DNA of 64,000 nucleotides. Origin: Candidatus Hodarchaeota archaeon. GTDB taxonomy: Archaea; Asgardarchaeota; Heimdallarchaeia; Hodarchaeales; Hodarchaeaceae. Position 1 is the first letter of the stretch. Every line of letters begins with the position of its first letter. The notes beneath the pieces were generated by a model. The model worked only from the letters and a program-made list of their open reading frames with translations, made no database searches and was not told where the DNA came from. The stretch spans positions 32,001-96,000 of the forward strand of contig JAHQWW010000002.1 in the NCBI GenBank assembly GCA_029856365.1, written 5' to 3'. Made by a program: the position numbers and the translations under genes. Of this stretch, positions 10,590 through 21,123 are shown piece by piece.

Positions 10590-10835
10590 ATGTCTAATGT
10601 CTTATCGACAAGTAAGAAGTCATTTGCGAATATGCCTCCTTCATCCCAAAAAGTGTACAATATCATTCAAACGGGAAAACAAATGCGTTTTAAAGATATT
10701 GCATCGCAAACTAAGTACTCTACTCGGACAGTTCGTTATGCCCTTCGTGATTTAAAAGATGCGGGGTTAATTGGACAAATTCCTGACATGATGGATTTAC
10801 GTCGTTGCTATTACATCACACTGAATGTCAGGTGA
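10590..10835 (+). CDS. Small archaeal winged-helix (MarR-like) transcription regulator
   Basis: PPSSQKVY...DIASQTKYSTRTVRYALRDLKDAGLI...DLRRCYY. Confidence 0.85.
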   Translation: MSNVLSTSKKSFANMPPSSQKVYNIIQTGKQMRFKDIASQTKYSTRTVRYALRDLKDAGLIGQIPDMMDLRRCYYITLNVR

Positions 10836-10905
10836 AGTTCAAATTTTCACAAAACTGTTATATCTTTCTTTTTGTAATCTTTAACAATGGAGAGCTTTAT
10901 TTTTT

Positions 10906-11595
10906 ATGACAAAGATAGAAATGGTTTCCCAGCAAAAAAAGTACCAAGACATTATCGATTACAAACCTACAGTTCTAAAAGTCATTAGCGATGAAGAAAC
11001 CCTTAAAATCCTTTCAGATAACAATTATGAAAAAGTGATGAGAATTTTAAGAAAAAAACCAATGACTGTCCAAGAAATTACGGAAGCTTTCAATGAACTA
11101 GCTAAAACATGTAGTTTCACTGACCAGAAGTCTGATAAATCAATTTACCGTTATTTGAAAGTTCTAGAAGAGCGGGGGATGGTTGCTACAGCTGGTCAGC
11201 GCGTAGTCATGGGGAAAACCGCTACTGAAAAATTATACATGCGTACTGCCCGTGTATTCGAATTAAGATACAAATATATCGATTGGATGGGAAAAGAAGG
11301 AAATGAATGGGCTGAACGGTTCGGAACACTAGTTAGCTACATGCTAGACATCGATCAGGTCCCTTCTGCAAAATGTATACAGGAATTTTTTGCGAAGTGG
11401 AATAAAGCAAGATTAATCGGAACCGAGAAATTGGCCTCAATCGTACCAGATGACGAAATGGAAACCATAACAACATGTGACATAAGAGAATTGACAGAAA
11501 CCTTTGCTCGAGTGTACATCTACAGTACACTTATGAATCATCCCGATTTATTGGAACAGCTCCATAATTGTTTTAAAGGGAAAAAGAAAGCTTAA
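10906..11595 (+). CDS. ArsR-like winged-helix protein with helical C-terminal domain
   Basis: ILRKKPMTVQEI...KSDKSIYRYLKVLEERGMV...TEKLYMRTARVF. Confidence 0.75.
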   Translation: MTKIEMVSQQKKYQDIIDYKPTVLKVISDEETLKILSDNNYEKVMRILRKKPMTVQEITEAFNELAKTCSFTDQKSDKSIYRYLKVLEERGMVATAGQRVVMGKTATEKLYMRTARVFELRYKYIDWMGKEGNEWAERFGTLVSYMLDIDQVPSAKCIQEFFAKWNKARLIGTEKLASIVPDDEMETITTCDIRELTETFARVYIYSTLMNHPDLLEQLHNCFKGKKKA

Positions 11596-11647
11596 ATGAG
11601 TGGTAAATTTTAAAGGAAACTATTCATAATAGTCTTACTGACACTCA

Positions 11648-12307
11648 ATGACAACAATCTCATCAGATGGTAATATATGGAGAGAGCGGTCATTACGTTT
11701 TTATATCCACCGATTTCATCAATTTGAATTGAAAATTTTAGCACTGAAACCATTAATAGCAATATTAATGATAGGTAACTTGTGGGGTGCTTTTATTGGT
11801 TTGTTATACTATTATGAGGTGATTGGTCTTACTCAATATTCTCCTGTCTTATGGATATTAATTCCTGATTGCCCTTTAGCGGTATTATTGTTATTGGGCG
11901 TTTATTTTCAATTTGATGATCAACGTTTTTCTAATTTTAATTTTTTTTCATTTATTCAAGGTATTCGGGCAGCGATATTGACTTATTTGATTATTTTAAA
12001 CTTTGGGTCGCTAGATACTGAAATTGTTGTGATCGGTCATTTTTTATTACTTGTTCAAGCAATGGCTATCTTCCCCTTATTGTTAGATATGAAATTCACC
12101 AAAGGAACACTCGTTACCATTAGTATCACATTATTCAATGATATCTCTGATTTTTTCGGAATAATAGGGATAACAGAACCAACTTTAGCCCAGTTACCTA
12201 CCATTCAACCATTATTCTCCCTCTTTGTTATCATAATCTTTGGCTTAGACATCTTTCTTATTTTTGTAGGCTTAGGATTTGCTAGATTTATGAATCAAGA
12301 GTATTAG
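11648..12307 (+). CDS. DUF1405-like membrane protein
   Basis: NLWGAFIG..YY, WILIPDCPLA, NDISDFF; multi-TM. Confidence 0.7.
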   Translation: MTTISSDGNIWRERSLRFYIHRFHQFELKILALKPLIAILMIGNLWGAFIGLLYYYEVIGLTQYSPVLWILIPDCPLAVLLLLGVYFQFDDQRFSNFNFFSFIQGIRAAILTYLIILNFGSLDTEIVVIGHFLLLVQAMAIFPLLLDMKFTKGTLVTISITLFNDISDFFGIIGITEPTLAQLPTIQPLFSLFVIIIFGLDIFLIFVGLGFARFMNQEY

Positions 12308-12390
12308 AAAATCTATCATTGCTATAATGATCAATCTTGAGACGATAGTTATTTAGAATAAGATTCATTGAATCCTTTCATGATTTTTTC

Positions 12391-13371
12391 ATGAGTGTAC
12401 AGCAAAACATCATTCAAGAATTTTTAGATGGCATTTTTAAGGCAGTAAACACCTTCCTCAAGGAAATAGTGGATCCTATCAGTTTTATTTATAAATATTT
12501 CATCTCAGAGGAAGGTTATAATTTCTACAACACAATTGTATATACTGCCATTGGGATTCTTGCTATTCTCATAATTGGTAAAATAATAGTCCGAATAAAT
12601 CAAAAGGGCGTTAAACGATGGGGAGAAGAACAATTCATTCCAATTCAAATGGATTCAGAGTTTTTTGTTTCTATACTCCCTTACATTTTCATTGGTTCAA
12701 CTCTACGTGCTTTACAAGACATCGCTGATCAAAATAAGATTATCTCCCCCTATGAAATCTTTGGACTCAGACTTTTTGTAACACCCTATGTTTATGTTAT
12801 TACTATTCTTTTAACGTTAACAGTGGGACTCATCTCGATCTTTATCTCTCAAGAATACCTGAAAGATGTGCAGCGATTTTCAAATTGGAGGAATACATTT
12901 TTAACGATTGGAATAATAATTGAAATCATTCTATTCTTTCCAATTATTTTTTTACTTACAGACCCTTATTACATTGGTGGTGGTGTGATTATATTAGTCT
13001 TATCAGGTATATTCGGGGTACTATTCCATTTTATAGCGACTCGGGTATCACAATGGTATCTTCCAGAGGTGATTGTTCAGAGAGAAGAAATTTTAGCAAT
13101 GATAACTCAAATGTTTGATGCTTTCAATACCGTCATCGCTATAGAATTCTTTAATTATCAAGAGAAACATTATTTACCTTCTATTTTGTTTAATACTCCA
13201 TGGGGAGCCTGGCCTTTCTTAGGTTTAAAATTTGGAATAGTATTATTATTTATTTATGTAGTTCGAGGAGTCGAACAAAAGGATATCCAAAAATGGCTTC
13301 TGTGGGTAGTATTTCTCCTGGGGCTTGCCACTGGCACAAGGGACTTTCTTCGGTTAATAACCAATACTTGA
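12391..13371 (+). CDS. DUF63 family archaeal membrane protein
   Basis: GYNFYNTIVY, GSTLRALQD, LFVTPYVY, YQEKHYLP, LGLATGTRDFLR. Confidence 0.85.
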   Translation: MSVQQNIIQEFLDGIFKAVNTFLKEIVDPISFIYKYFISEEGYNFYNTIVYTAIGILAILIIGKIIVRINQKGVKRWGEEQFIPIQMDSEFFVSILPYIFIGSTLRALQDIADQNKIISPYEIFGLRLFVTPYVYVITILLTLTVGLISIFISQEYLKDVQRFSNWRNTFLTIGIIIEIILFFPIIFLLTDPYYIGGGVIILVLSGIFGVLFHFIATRVSQWYLPEVIVQREEILAMITQMFDAFNTVIAIEFFNYQEKHYLPSILFNTPWGAWPFLGLKFGIVLLFIYVVRGVEQKDIQKWLLWVVFLLGLATGTRDFLRLITNT

Positions 13372-13548
13372 ACTACTGATTTTTAGCAATAGAATCCCTT
13401 TTCTAACCATCTGTTTCCTTCACACTACGTTTTAATTGTGATTTTTGAAGAAAATTAGGTGAATTTTTGATTTTATCTCTTTCTTTGCGCTATAAATCAA
13501 CCACGTGATAAGTATGGGAATGTTTTTACCTTATCAACTCTTAAGGCA

Positions 13549-14454
13549 TTACTCTGAAAACACACAGGGAAGAATGATATTAATAGAATTTTGAGTCATC
13601 CACAAACGACTATTGAAATAAGAGGTGAAAAATCGAAGATAATGTGCAACTAATGTAAATCCTTGGGTAGTAGCTAATAAAGAGTTGTTTGGAACGTTGA
13701 AACTTACCCCAACGGAAAATTTATTTATTATTTCCACTTCAATAGTGAGTGGAACTCCATGAAGCCATGTTAGAAGAGTAGAAAAGATATTCTCTGGAAA
13801 ATGAGAGCCACCCCAAATTTCAGGATTAGAAGTTGTAAAATTGTCTGTGGTTAAAGATGAAACCATATTAAGTTGTGAAGCAAAAGAGTTTCGAAGGTAT
13901 TGAAAACTCGTTCTAAGGACTTCCGATAACGCAATAGGATATAGGGCTGGAGGTTTAAGGAGTAGTTGTATTAGATCAGAGACAATAATTGTTAATATCT
14001 TTTGTCTATATGCTGCACGGCTAAACCTTTGTACTACTTTCTGATCCATAGATTCCATACTTTTCAGTAGATAATGACTTAAATCCATTAAAAGAGAGCT
14101 AGTACGCAGTTCGTAAGTGAGGTCATCAACCCAATTTTCAATAATCGAAGAGAGGGATGGTAGTACCGAGGAATAAAAGATCTTGAATGATCTAAGTGAG
14201 ATAGAATGAAGGTCTAGATGAAGTGAAAAAAGTGCTTTATTACTAATTAAACGAGTACTAGGATGAATACCACTCATTTGAGCAAATGTTTGTGTAAAAT
14301 AAAAAACATCTTCATGATCAGCAGAAAGAATGATAAAAGGATTAAAAGGTTGAGAGTAAATAGTTGAAATATTATTACGCCTATTAACTTCTGTCATCCA
14401 CAATGGAGTATTTATATGTTGATTATCAGTTACTTTTGGATTAAGGTTTTTCAT
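13549..14454 (-). CDS. Degenerate PAS-HisKA-HATPase-like protein (putative histidine pseudokinase)
   Basis: PFIILSADHEDVFYFTQTFAQMSG (PAS-like start); DLTYELRTS (H-box with Tyr for His); GFTLVAHYLRFFTSYFNSRLW...IILP (G2-box/C-terminal HATPase pattern). Confidence 0.5.
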   Translation of the reverse strand: MKNLNPKVTDNQHINTPLWMTEVNRRNNISTIYSQPFNPFIILSADHEDVFYFTQTFAQMSGIHPSTRLISNKALFSLHLDLHSISLRSFKIFYSSVLPSLSSIIENWVDDLTYELRTSSLLMDLSHYLLKSMESMDQKVVQRFSRAAYRQKILTIIVSDLIQLLLKPPALYPIALSEVLRTSFQYLRNSFASQLNMVSSLTTDNFTTSNPEIWGGSHFPENIFSTLLTWLHGVPLTIEVEIINKFSVGVSFNVPNNSLLATTQGFTLVAHYLRFFTSYFNSRLWMTQNSINIILPCVFSE

Positions 14455-14635
14455 AGTATTTACTCTCAGTTATATCAAAAATTTTAATGTTCAATTGGAT
14501 TTCTAAACAATTTTTTCGCGAATTGAAATCCTGTGTCTTTTGAATCTTCAAGTAAATTTGTGTTTAGTATGAGGAAGATATTTGAAGAATGCTCGAACAA
14601 AATATCTAACAAGTATTTATGTCTTGGTAAAGATA

Positions 14636-16024
14636 ATGGATCCTGAGATACAAGACTTTATATTAGAGTTATCGAAGAAAATTATTCCTGAAATCGAAAG
14701 AATCGCGAAAACTTATACAAGGGATCCTGAGGAAGGTTTCTCTGTTTATCTTGACTTTATAAAGAGAATAAGACCTTCTCTAGAGAAAATAATCTTAGAA
14801 GGATTAAGAGATCCTCTGGAGGTAGGTCATATTTCCTCTAGGCTATTAAGAGACCCTCTCGACACGAAGTTCATGAAACAAAGAAGATCTGCTGAAGAAA
14901 AAGAAGCACATGTAGTGGGATATCTCAAAGCAATATTACAACTTGTTTATTGCGGAGTGAAAGGATTAGAGGGATGGCAATTCTCTGACACACCTTTACA
15001 TAAGGAGAGTCTAAGAACACAAAGCATTGGGAAGATCCATGTTATACCAACGATTGTACAAATTGTCAAACAGGAAATTGAAGAAAAAAATTCGCCTGAG
15101 CAATTCAAGGATAAAATAAAGGATGATCAGTTGAGAGAGGTTGATGTAACACAAACAAGATTTCAGAAGGAACAGAAGTTTGAGTATCTCTATCGGACAA
15201 CTGATAACGAGAATACCACAATCCCTTTCACGGCCCGTCTCATGGCCTACTACCGAGCGCAAGAATGTATTAGTGATTCCCCCCTTATTATTGATCCTTT
15301 CGCAAAACAACTCGCAGGTGACATGACTTCTTATGCCAACAAACACAAATTCGTTGTTAATAGGGGTGACTATCCACTCGTACGTTCATATTATATCGAA
15401 AAATACCTATTAACCCCCTGGTGTAACAGAAATGCGAAATCACAGATCGTTCTTCTTGGAGCAGGCTTGGATACCCGTGCATATCGATTCAAACCCCTTC
15501 AAACACATTCCCACACCATTTTCGAAATAGATTATAGTACATTAATCAATTACAAAGATGAAATCTTGCATGGTGAACAGCCGCTTTGTGATCTTGTACG
15601 TTTATCTGCGGATCTTTCTAGCCCCGAGTGGACATTTCTTCTAACAGAAAATGGTTTCTCGAAAGATATTCCTTCATTCTGGATATTAGAAGGGCTAATT
15701 TATTACATGGAACAAAATTTGGTTATATCTTTACTCAAGAAGATTGCTGAGATAAGTACTGAAACCAGTCAAATCTTTATGGACATTTGCATTCCTGCCC
15801 TTGCAGATCTTGTATTCGGTCCATTTACTAGGCACTTCAAATGGGGTCTTGACAAAAAAGCTGTACCCTCGTTCTTTGCAGCAGTAGGATGGGATGTTAC
15901 ATGTTCTTTTGCTGATGATCATGATCAAGGACGAGATGTCGGACAACGGGGGCTTATTTTTGTTCAGGGGACACGAGCAAGTTCTGTGTCGCTAGGCTTA
16001 CCATCTTCTCGTTTAACACGTTAA
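14636..16024 (+). CDS. SAM-dependent methyltransferase (LCM/TIGR00027-like) with about 190-aa N-terminal extension
   Basis: TARLMAYYRA, DPFAKQLAG, QIVLLGAGLDTRAYR, FEID, WILEGLIYYM. ATG at 14636. Confidence 0.85.
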   Translation: MDPEIQDFILELSKKIIPEIERIAKTYTRDPEEGFSVYLDFIKRIRPSLEKIILEGLRDPLEVGHISSRLLRDPLDTKFMKQRRSAEEKEAHVVGYLKAILQLVYCGVKGLEGWQFSDTPLHKESLRTQSIGKIHVIPTIVQIVKQEIEEKNSPEQFKDKIKDDQLREVDVTQTRFQKEQKFEYLYRTTDNENTTIPFTARLMAYYRAQECISDSPLIIDPFAKQLAGDMTSYANKHKFVVNRGDYPLVRSYYIEKYLLTPWCNRNAKSQIVLLGAGLDTRAYRFKPLQTHSHTIFEIDYSTLINYKDEILHGEQPLCDLVRLSADLSSPEWTFLLTENGFSKDIPSFWILEGLIYYMEQNLVISLLKKIAEISTETSQIFMDICIPALADLVFGPFTRHFKWGLDKKAVPSFFAAVGWDVTCSFADDHDQGRDVGQRGLIFVQGTRASSVSLGLPSSRLTR

Positions 16025-16032
16025 TAACACTG

Positions 16033-17343
16033 TTAGATGTATTGAAGCACTGAATTTGGGTATCGTTTTTTCATCTGTTGAAATATCACACAGGCAGGGT
16101 ATAAAATGACAAGGCCTATTATCCAGACAATCAATGTTACTAGGAGGGAAAGAAATAGCATATCAGCGAATATTTTACCTATAAATGCATAATGTGTTGG
16201 TTCACCATACAACAAGACACTCATCAGAAATGGTACAGCACCATAAATGAGTAAATGAATGCTATAAAAGAAGAGTGGTGTAGATCCGAATAGAACGATT
16301 GGTAATGTCCACTTCTGGAACCAATCTTGATCCTGAAAATAGAATGAAAAAGAGAGAACGAGGCACATACCACCCAGAGTCCAAAGAAGGAAACCAATAC
16401 TCGGAGGGTACTTTGCTAAAAGGAAAAATGTCTCTATTGTGAAAGCATCGGGTCTTAAAACACCATTAGCTTCCCAAATTCCCAGATAGTTAATTGGCCA
16501 CCCTTGTAAGAGTCTCAAGATGAAGAACATGCCAATAGTGGTACCCCCAACTATTGCGAGTCGCTTTGCAATGAGATGATTGTCTTCTGGTATTTGTTGT
16601 TTGCGTAACCAATGGCCAAAAACAAAGCCCAAACCCATAACCCCAAGCCATGGATCAAGCGGGTACAAACCATTTGGCCAATTTGGCCAAAAGGAGACTG
16701 TTAAAAGATAATCCCGTATGCCCACTGGTAACTGGTTAAAAATGATCCCCCAATAAAATATTGATATATTTCTTCCTGAGAGTCCCATTATAAAACTATC
16801 AATGAGAGGTTCCAAGAATAAAAATAGGGATAAGCCTAATATGATTTTCCATGAAACCTGTCGAGCAAAAGCAAAAACAATGAATCCAACACCAATGAGG
16901 GCAAGGACACCAAAATAAAAGGGTGAAGCATGAAATGCCCAAGCAATAACAGTCCATTCGATCAGGAGTAGGATTAATCCCCGAATGACGAGATGTTTGG
17001 TTATTTCATTTTGAGAAACTTCTCTTTCTAGGCGTCTAGCTTCAAAAAGTACTATTGAAGTGCCAGCCAAGAAAACAAAGGTCGGAGCACACCAATGTGT
17101 CACAAAACGAACCAAAAAGTTCAGAAGATCAGGAAAATTAGGCCGATAGAAATTTGTAAACGCACCTGTTTCTTCACTCCAAGATGTTAACCCCTCACCT
17201 GCTGTTCTTCCAACATTCCAGTAAGTTGATGCATGATCAAGAGCCATTAATATGATAGCCAATCCACGAACAAAATCAATTGCGGGGATACGAGGTGTTG
17301 AAACAATTTTCGATATCTGTTCATTTTTAACCAAATTGGACAT
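16033..17343 (-). CDS. DUF1624 / heparan-alpha-glucosaminide N-acetyltransferase-like membrane acyltransferase
   Basis: RIPAIDFVRGLAIILMALDH, RFVTHWCAPTFVFLAG, KYPPS, PLFFYSIH. Confidence 0.85.
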   Translation of the reverse strand: MSNLVKNEQISKIVSTPRIPAIDFVRGLAIILMALDHASTYWNVGRTAGEGLTSWSEETGAFTNFYRPNFPDLLNFLVRFVTHWCAPTFVFLAGTSIVLFEARRLEREVSQNEITKHLVIRGLILLLIEWTVIAWAFHASPFYFGVLALIGVGFIVFAFARQVSWKIILGLSLFLFLEPLIDSFIMGLSGRNISIFYWGIIFNQLPVGIRDYLLTVSFWPNWPNGLYPLDPWLGVMGLGFVFGHWLRKQQIPEDNHLIAKRLAIVGGTTIGMFFILRLLQGWPINYLGIWEANGVLRPDAFTIETFFLLAKYPPSIGFLLWTLGGMCLVLSFSFYFQDQDWFQKWTLPIVLFGSTPLFFYSIHLLIYGAVPFLMSVLLYGEPTHYAFIGKIFADMLFLSLLVTLIVWIIGLVILYPACVIFQQMKKRYPNSVLQYI

Positions 17344-17599
17344 AATTCCTCACGTTTGATATTTCAACTATCTAAATAAACCAGTTTTAAGGTGTTTGAT
17401 GTTATAAACATTGATTGTTAGGAAATGCTTTTTGAAAGTTTAGATAGGGGGAGCTGATGAAACAGGAACTTCAATTATAGCATTATACAGACATAAAGGG
17501 GGTTTGATTAAATTCAAACAAAAAAAATTCTAAGTATTAGAGTGAATAGACTTCAATGAAATAAGTTAAATATCATTTAAAGCTCAAAATAATCCACTT

Positions 17600-19255
17600 T
17601 TGAAGGTGAAATTCTTGGCTTTCAAGTGGTTTCAAAGAAATTCCTTTGTTGTATTTGTTCTGGTCATACTATTCTACCCTTGGATAATACAAAAATCATT
17701 AGAAATTCCACCTAAGGCTATTCAACAAAGTAAACTATCTAAATTCAATATTTCTAATAAAATAAATCAAGCAACAGATGATCTTGAAAATGTCCTCTCT
17801 ATTACCCATCATGATCCCGTAACAGCCCAAGCAGGGTTGACAATTTTCGGTCTATGGCGAGTATCGAATCCTACTGTTGAACATTTCATTGAATCAATGA
17901 TCGTCATTACTGATATGAAGGGGAATATTAAATCTATACAACAGTTCCCAATGGAAACTGGCGGTGGAGGCCTTGTGTGGGATCCAGAATTCATCAATTC
18001 CACCACTTTTGTCTATATTCTGTCACCTAATAACCTTCAACTTTATAACATTCATACAAAAAACACTGAAGTTCTTCCTATTTCTCCTGGTCATCATGAC
18101 GTGGAATATAATCCTATTACAGATACATTTCTCACTGTTTATTTCACTCATTATGGATACTATCTGGATAAACCCTTATTATTTGATGATATATATGAAC
18201 ATGATCGTAATGGGAATGTAGTTTGGTTCTGGAACAGCAGCATCCATATCCCATTCAATGAAACAGAATTTACTAATGAATCTGCTTTTGAACGATTCCA
18301 ATGGACTCATGCAAACACTATCTTTTGGGACATTGAAGAACAAGCCATCTACTATAATTGTAGACATCTAGATACCTTTTATAAAATTAATTATCCCAGT
18401 GGGGAGATTCTTTGGGCAGCAGGAAGATTAGGCAATTTAAAGATGTTTGATAAACAAGGTAATGAAAAAAAGAGTTTGTTTTATCATAGCCACGCCGTGG
18501 AAGTAATTGGTCCTAATCAGTATATTATATTCGATAACGATTATTTTAATATCACTCGAGAAAATCCTAGGGAATCAGCAGGAATTTCTCGCATGATCGA
18601 AGTCGTCGTTAATGAAGAAACTATGACGATGAATGAAACATGGTCGTGGTTAGCACCAACAGATTATTTTGGTGAGGTTTGGGGGGATGCTGACCGCTTG
18701 CCTAATGGAAATCGATTAGGAACGTTCGGTGTCCCTAACCATCCTGCTTATATTACTGAAGTAGACTCCCAAGACAATATCGTCTGGGAACTAGCACTTG
18801 AACAAGGTAAATGGGATTATTTGGGAATCTATAATGCTGATCGGTTTTTTGAAGCTCCTTTAGTAAAAGTTGATCAAACAGATTTCACTCTGGCTTCAGA
18901 TGAGGATTTAATATTACAAGTGAGGATATGGGATACATTTAACACTAGAATTACTAGAAAGGGATCTTTAACTATAGAAGAGAAGAATGAAGTCTTAGAA
19001 TCAGTTGACTTCGAATTTCTACCCCATTGGCAAGAAACTCGCATTAATGTAAGTATCCCTTCACTTAGAAATATTAGCCGAATACTGAATCTTATCATAA
19101 CGAATGAAGATGGCCTCAGTACAAACATCCCCATTATAATTAATGGAGGAAAATCAGAAGTAACACCATTTGAAATCACCCCCATCGTAATTGGGTTTCT
19201 TTGCATTGCTTCAATACGTGTAATTAGAACAAAGAGAAAATCGAAAAAAAGATAA
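17600..19255 (+). CDS. Aryl-sulfate sulfotransferase (ASST)-like secreted beta-propeller with C-terminal anchor
   Basis: GHHDVEY, WTHANTI, YHSHA, IIFDN, WGDADRLPNGNRL; N-terminal hydrophobic segment; C-terminal TPFE + TM + basic tail. Confidence 0.8.
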   Translation: MKVKFLAFKWFQRNSFVVFVLVILFYPWIIQKSLEIPPKAIQQSKLSKFNISNKINQATDDLENVLSITHHDPVTAQAGLTIFGLWRVSNPTVEHFIESMIVITDMKGNIKSIQQFPMETGGGGLVWDPEFINSTTFVYILSPNNLQLYNIHTKNTEVLPISPGHHDVEYNPITDTFLTVYFTHYGYYLDKPLLFDDIYEHDRNGNVVWFWNSSIHIPFNETEFTNESAFERFQWTHANTIFWDIEEQAIYYNCRHLDTFYKINYPSGEILWAAGRLGNLKMFDKQGNEKKSLFYHSHAVEVIGPNQYIIFDNDYFNITRENPRESAGISRMIEVVVNEETMTMNETWSWLAPTDYFGEVWGDADRLPNGNRLGTFGVPNHPAYITEVDSQDNIVWELALEQGKWDYLGIYNADRFFEAPLVKVDQTDFTLASDEDLILQVRIWDTFNTRITRKGSLTIEEKNEVLESVDFEFLPHWQETRINVSIPSLRNISRILNLIITNEDGLSTNIPIIINGGKSEVTPFEITPIVIGFLCIASIRVIRTKRKSKKR

Positions 19256-19308
19256 CTTACTGAATTTTAAACTAAAAAGTTTTTCTTTAAACTATTAATA
19301 GTTTTATA

Positions 19309-20007
19309 TCATAAAAAAGCAGGAATAATCATACTTAATCCAATTAATACACCTTCCAAGAAAATTATCACCCAAGCTCCCACAACGCATATACCTCCTG
19401 TAGATGAAACCCCTAGAGGTTGAGATCTGATGGATTGAGCGTCTTTACCGACTTTTCTTCTTTCATTTTCATTAGAATTTTGCAAAAAATAACAAAGAAT
19501 TTGTATGGCGATTTTACACATCTGGTATTGATTCTTATCCTTCTTCTCATCCAAGCTAAAGGGTACAGCAGGAGTATGGGACGCTATTTTAAGAAAATCT
19601 GAATAAAGATCAAAAATATGTCGTTCTCCTTTATCTTTCTTTGCTTTGGCTATCTTCTGGAGAGATGGGTTGAGAAGAATCTCTTCCATATTCAAAGAAC
19701 TTTTTTTATATCTTTCTTGTCTACTTCTGGTGAGGATTCTTACAGCCATTTGCCAAAATGGACGAGAAACTACAAAGTAAAACTGGTTAGGTTCTAAGAT
19801 GTTTTGAGGTTCGACTCTTGAAACCTTCATGTTTTCACGTGTTAAAATGACAAATTCCGTTTTTGTTGATTTTATTGGGAAATAGGTTGCAAAAAATTCC
19901 TTTGCTTTTATTTTATGAGGTACCATAATCTCATTAACACAGGTTTCAAGGTTAAAACCAATCAACTCCATATGTTTGATATTTAATATTTGTAAGATAT
20001 AAATCAT
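19309..20007 (-). CDS. Hypothetical protein with C-terminal TM helix
   Basis: 232-aa ORF with a hydrophobic C-terminus; start uncertain. Confidence 0.55.
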   Translation of the reverse strand: MIYILQILNIKHMELIGFNLETCVNEIMVPHKIKAKEFFATYFPIKSTKTEFVILTRENMKVSRVEPQNILEPNQFYFVVSRPFWQMAVRILTRSRQERYKKSSLNMEEILLNPSLQKIAKAKKDKGERHIFDLYSDFLKIASHTPAVPFSLDEKKDKNQYQMCKIAIQILCYFLQNSNENERRKVGKDAQSIRSQPLGVSSTGGICVVGAWVIIFLEGVLIGLSMIIPAFL

Positions 20008-20013
20008 CTGGTT

Positions 20014-20829
20014 CTACGTACTTCTAATCTTCTTCTTCCAGAATTTATACCATTTTATTATTGTATCATCATGAATGAAGACCTCAAATTCACCCCGAGG
20101 TTTAATTTCTTTGCCTTTTAGGATGATTTCTTTCTCGTTCTTATTTTTTTCTAAAAAGTCTATTATCATCTTTTTTACTTCAAGGACATATTCTAAGATT
20201 AAATTTACTTCTTCTTTCTTCATAATCTCTCCGTGTCCTATTATAATGTAATTTATATCAAAAGAGACATATTCTTTTAAAGCAAAAATCCACTTATCAG
20301 GATCACTGTGACGTCCTCCCCATAGAAAATCAGATCGTATATTATCACCTGTTGCTAATAGCTTATGCTTAGGAGAATAAACATAACTTGAATCAGGTGT
20401 ATGACCTCCTGTTTGCTTGATGATTATTTCGGAATCAGATTCTTTGATTACGTATTTTTCTTCAAAAACAACATTAGGAAAAACAAGGGGGAAATTTCTT
20501 TCTGGTTTACGCTTAGCTGCTTTTAAGAATTTCACTAATTGATTAGAAGCGATAATTTGACAATCAGAAAATAGGGGTAAGCTATGAGTATGATCACCAT
20601 GAAAATGGGTTAAAGCCACATATTCAATTTTATTCTTAAATAACGATTCAGCTTCGCTTCGAATCTTGGTTGCTTCGGTGATATTCCTTCCACAATCAAT
20701 CATAAGGCTTTTTGAACCTAGATTCAACACAACAATGTTTGCATGCCCTGGAAAATACAGTATATCCTGCGAGAGCTGAATTGGTTGTTGAGTCTTTTTG
20801 TTTTTCAAATTTTTCACCACATGAAACAA
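20014..20829 (-). CDS. MBL-fold metallo-hydrolase
   Basis: THFHGDH, GGHTPD, TGD, GHG. Confidence 0.9.
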   Translation of the reverse strand: MFHVVKNLKNKKTQQPIQLSQDILYFPGHANIVVLNLGSKSLMIDCGRNITEATKIRSEAESLFKNKIEYVALTHFHGDHTHSLPLFSDCQIIASNQLVKFLKAAKRKPERNFPLVFPNVVFEEKYVIKESDSEIIIKQTGGHTPDSSYVYSPKHKLLATGDNIRSDFLWGGRHSDPDKWIFALKEYVSFDINYIIIGHGEIMKKEEVNLILEYVLEVKKMIIDFLEKNKNEKEIILKGKEIKPRGEFEVFIHDDTIIKWYKFWKKKIRST

Positions 20830-21123
20830 AAAGAAAGAAATGACAATATTTTAACACGGAAGGATAGATGATCTTTTGAGTTATTTGTTAGTGGTAATAT
20901 GAGTATTGACAAAAAAATCATCAAGAAAGAATTATAAACAGAGAAGAGATGAATAAGAAGGAAATTAACAAACTGATTAAACTACTTGAGCAAAATTCAC
21001 CACAATTGGAAAAACTTGCCACTTGCAACAAAATGACTATATAATTACCGCTCTAAATTTGAAAGGAAAGGATCCAGTCAACAAGAAAAGAATATAACTC
21101 TAATTGAAAAAGAAGGTAGGTTT

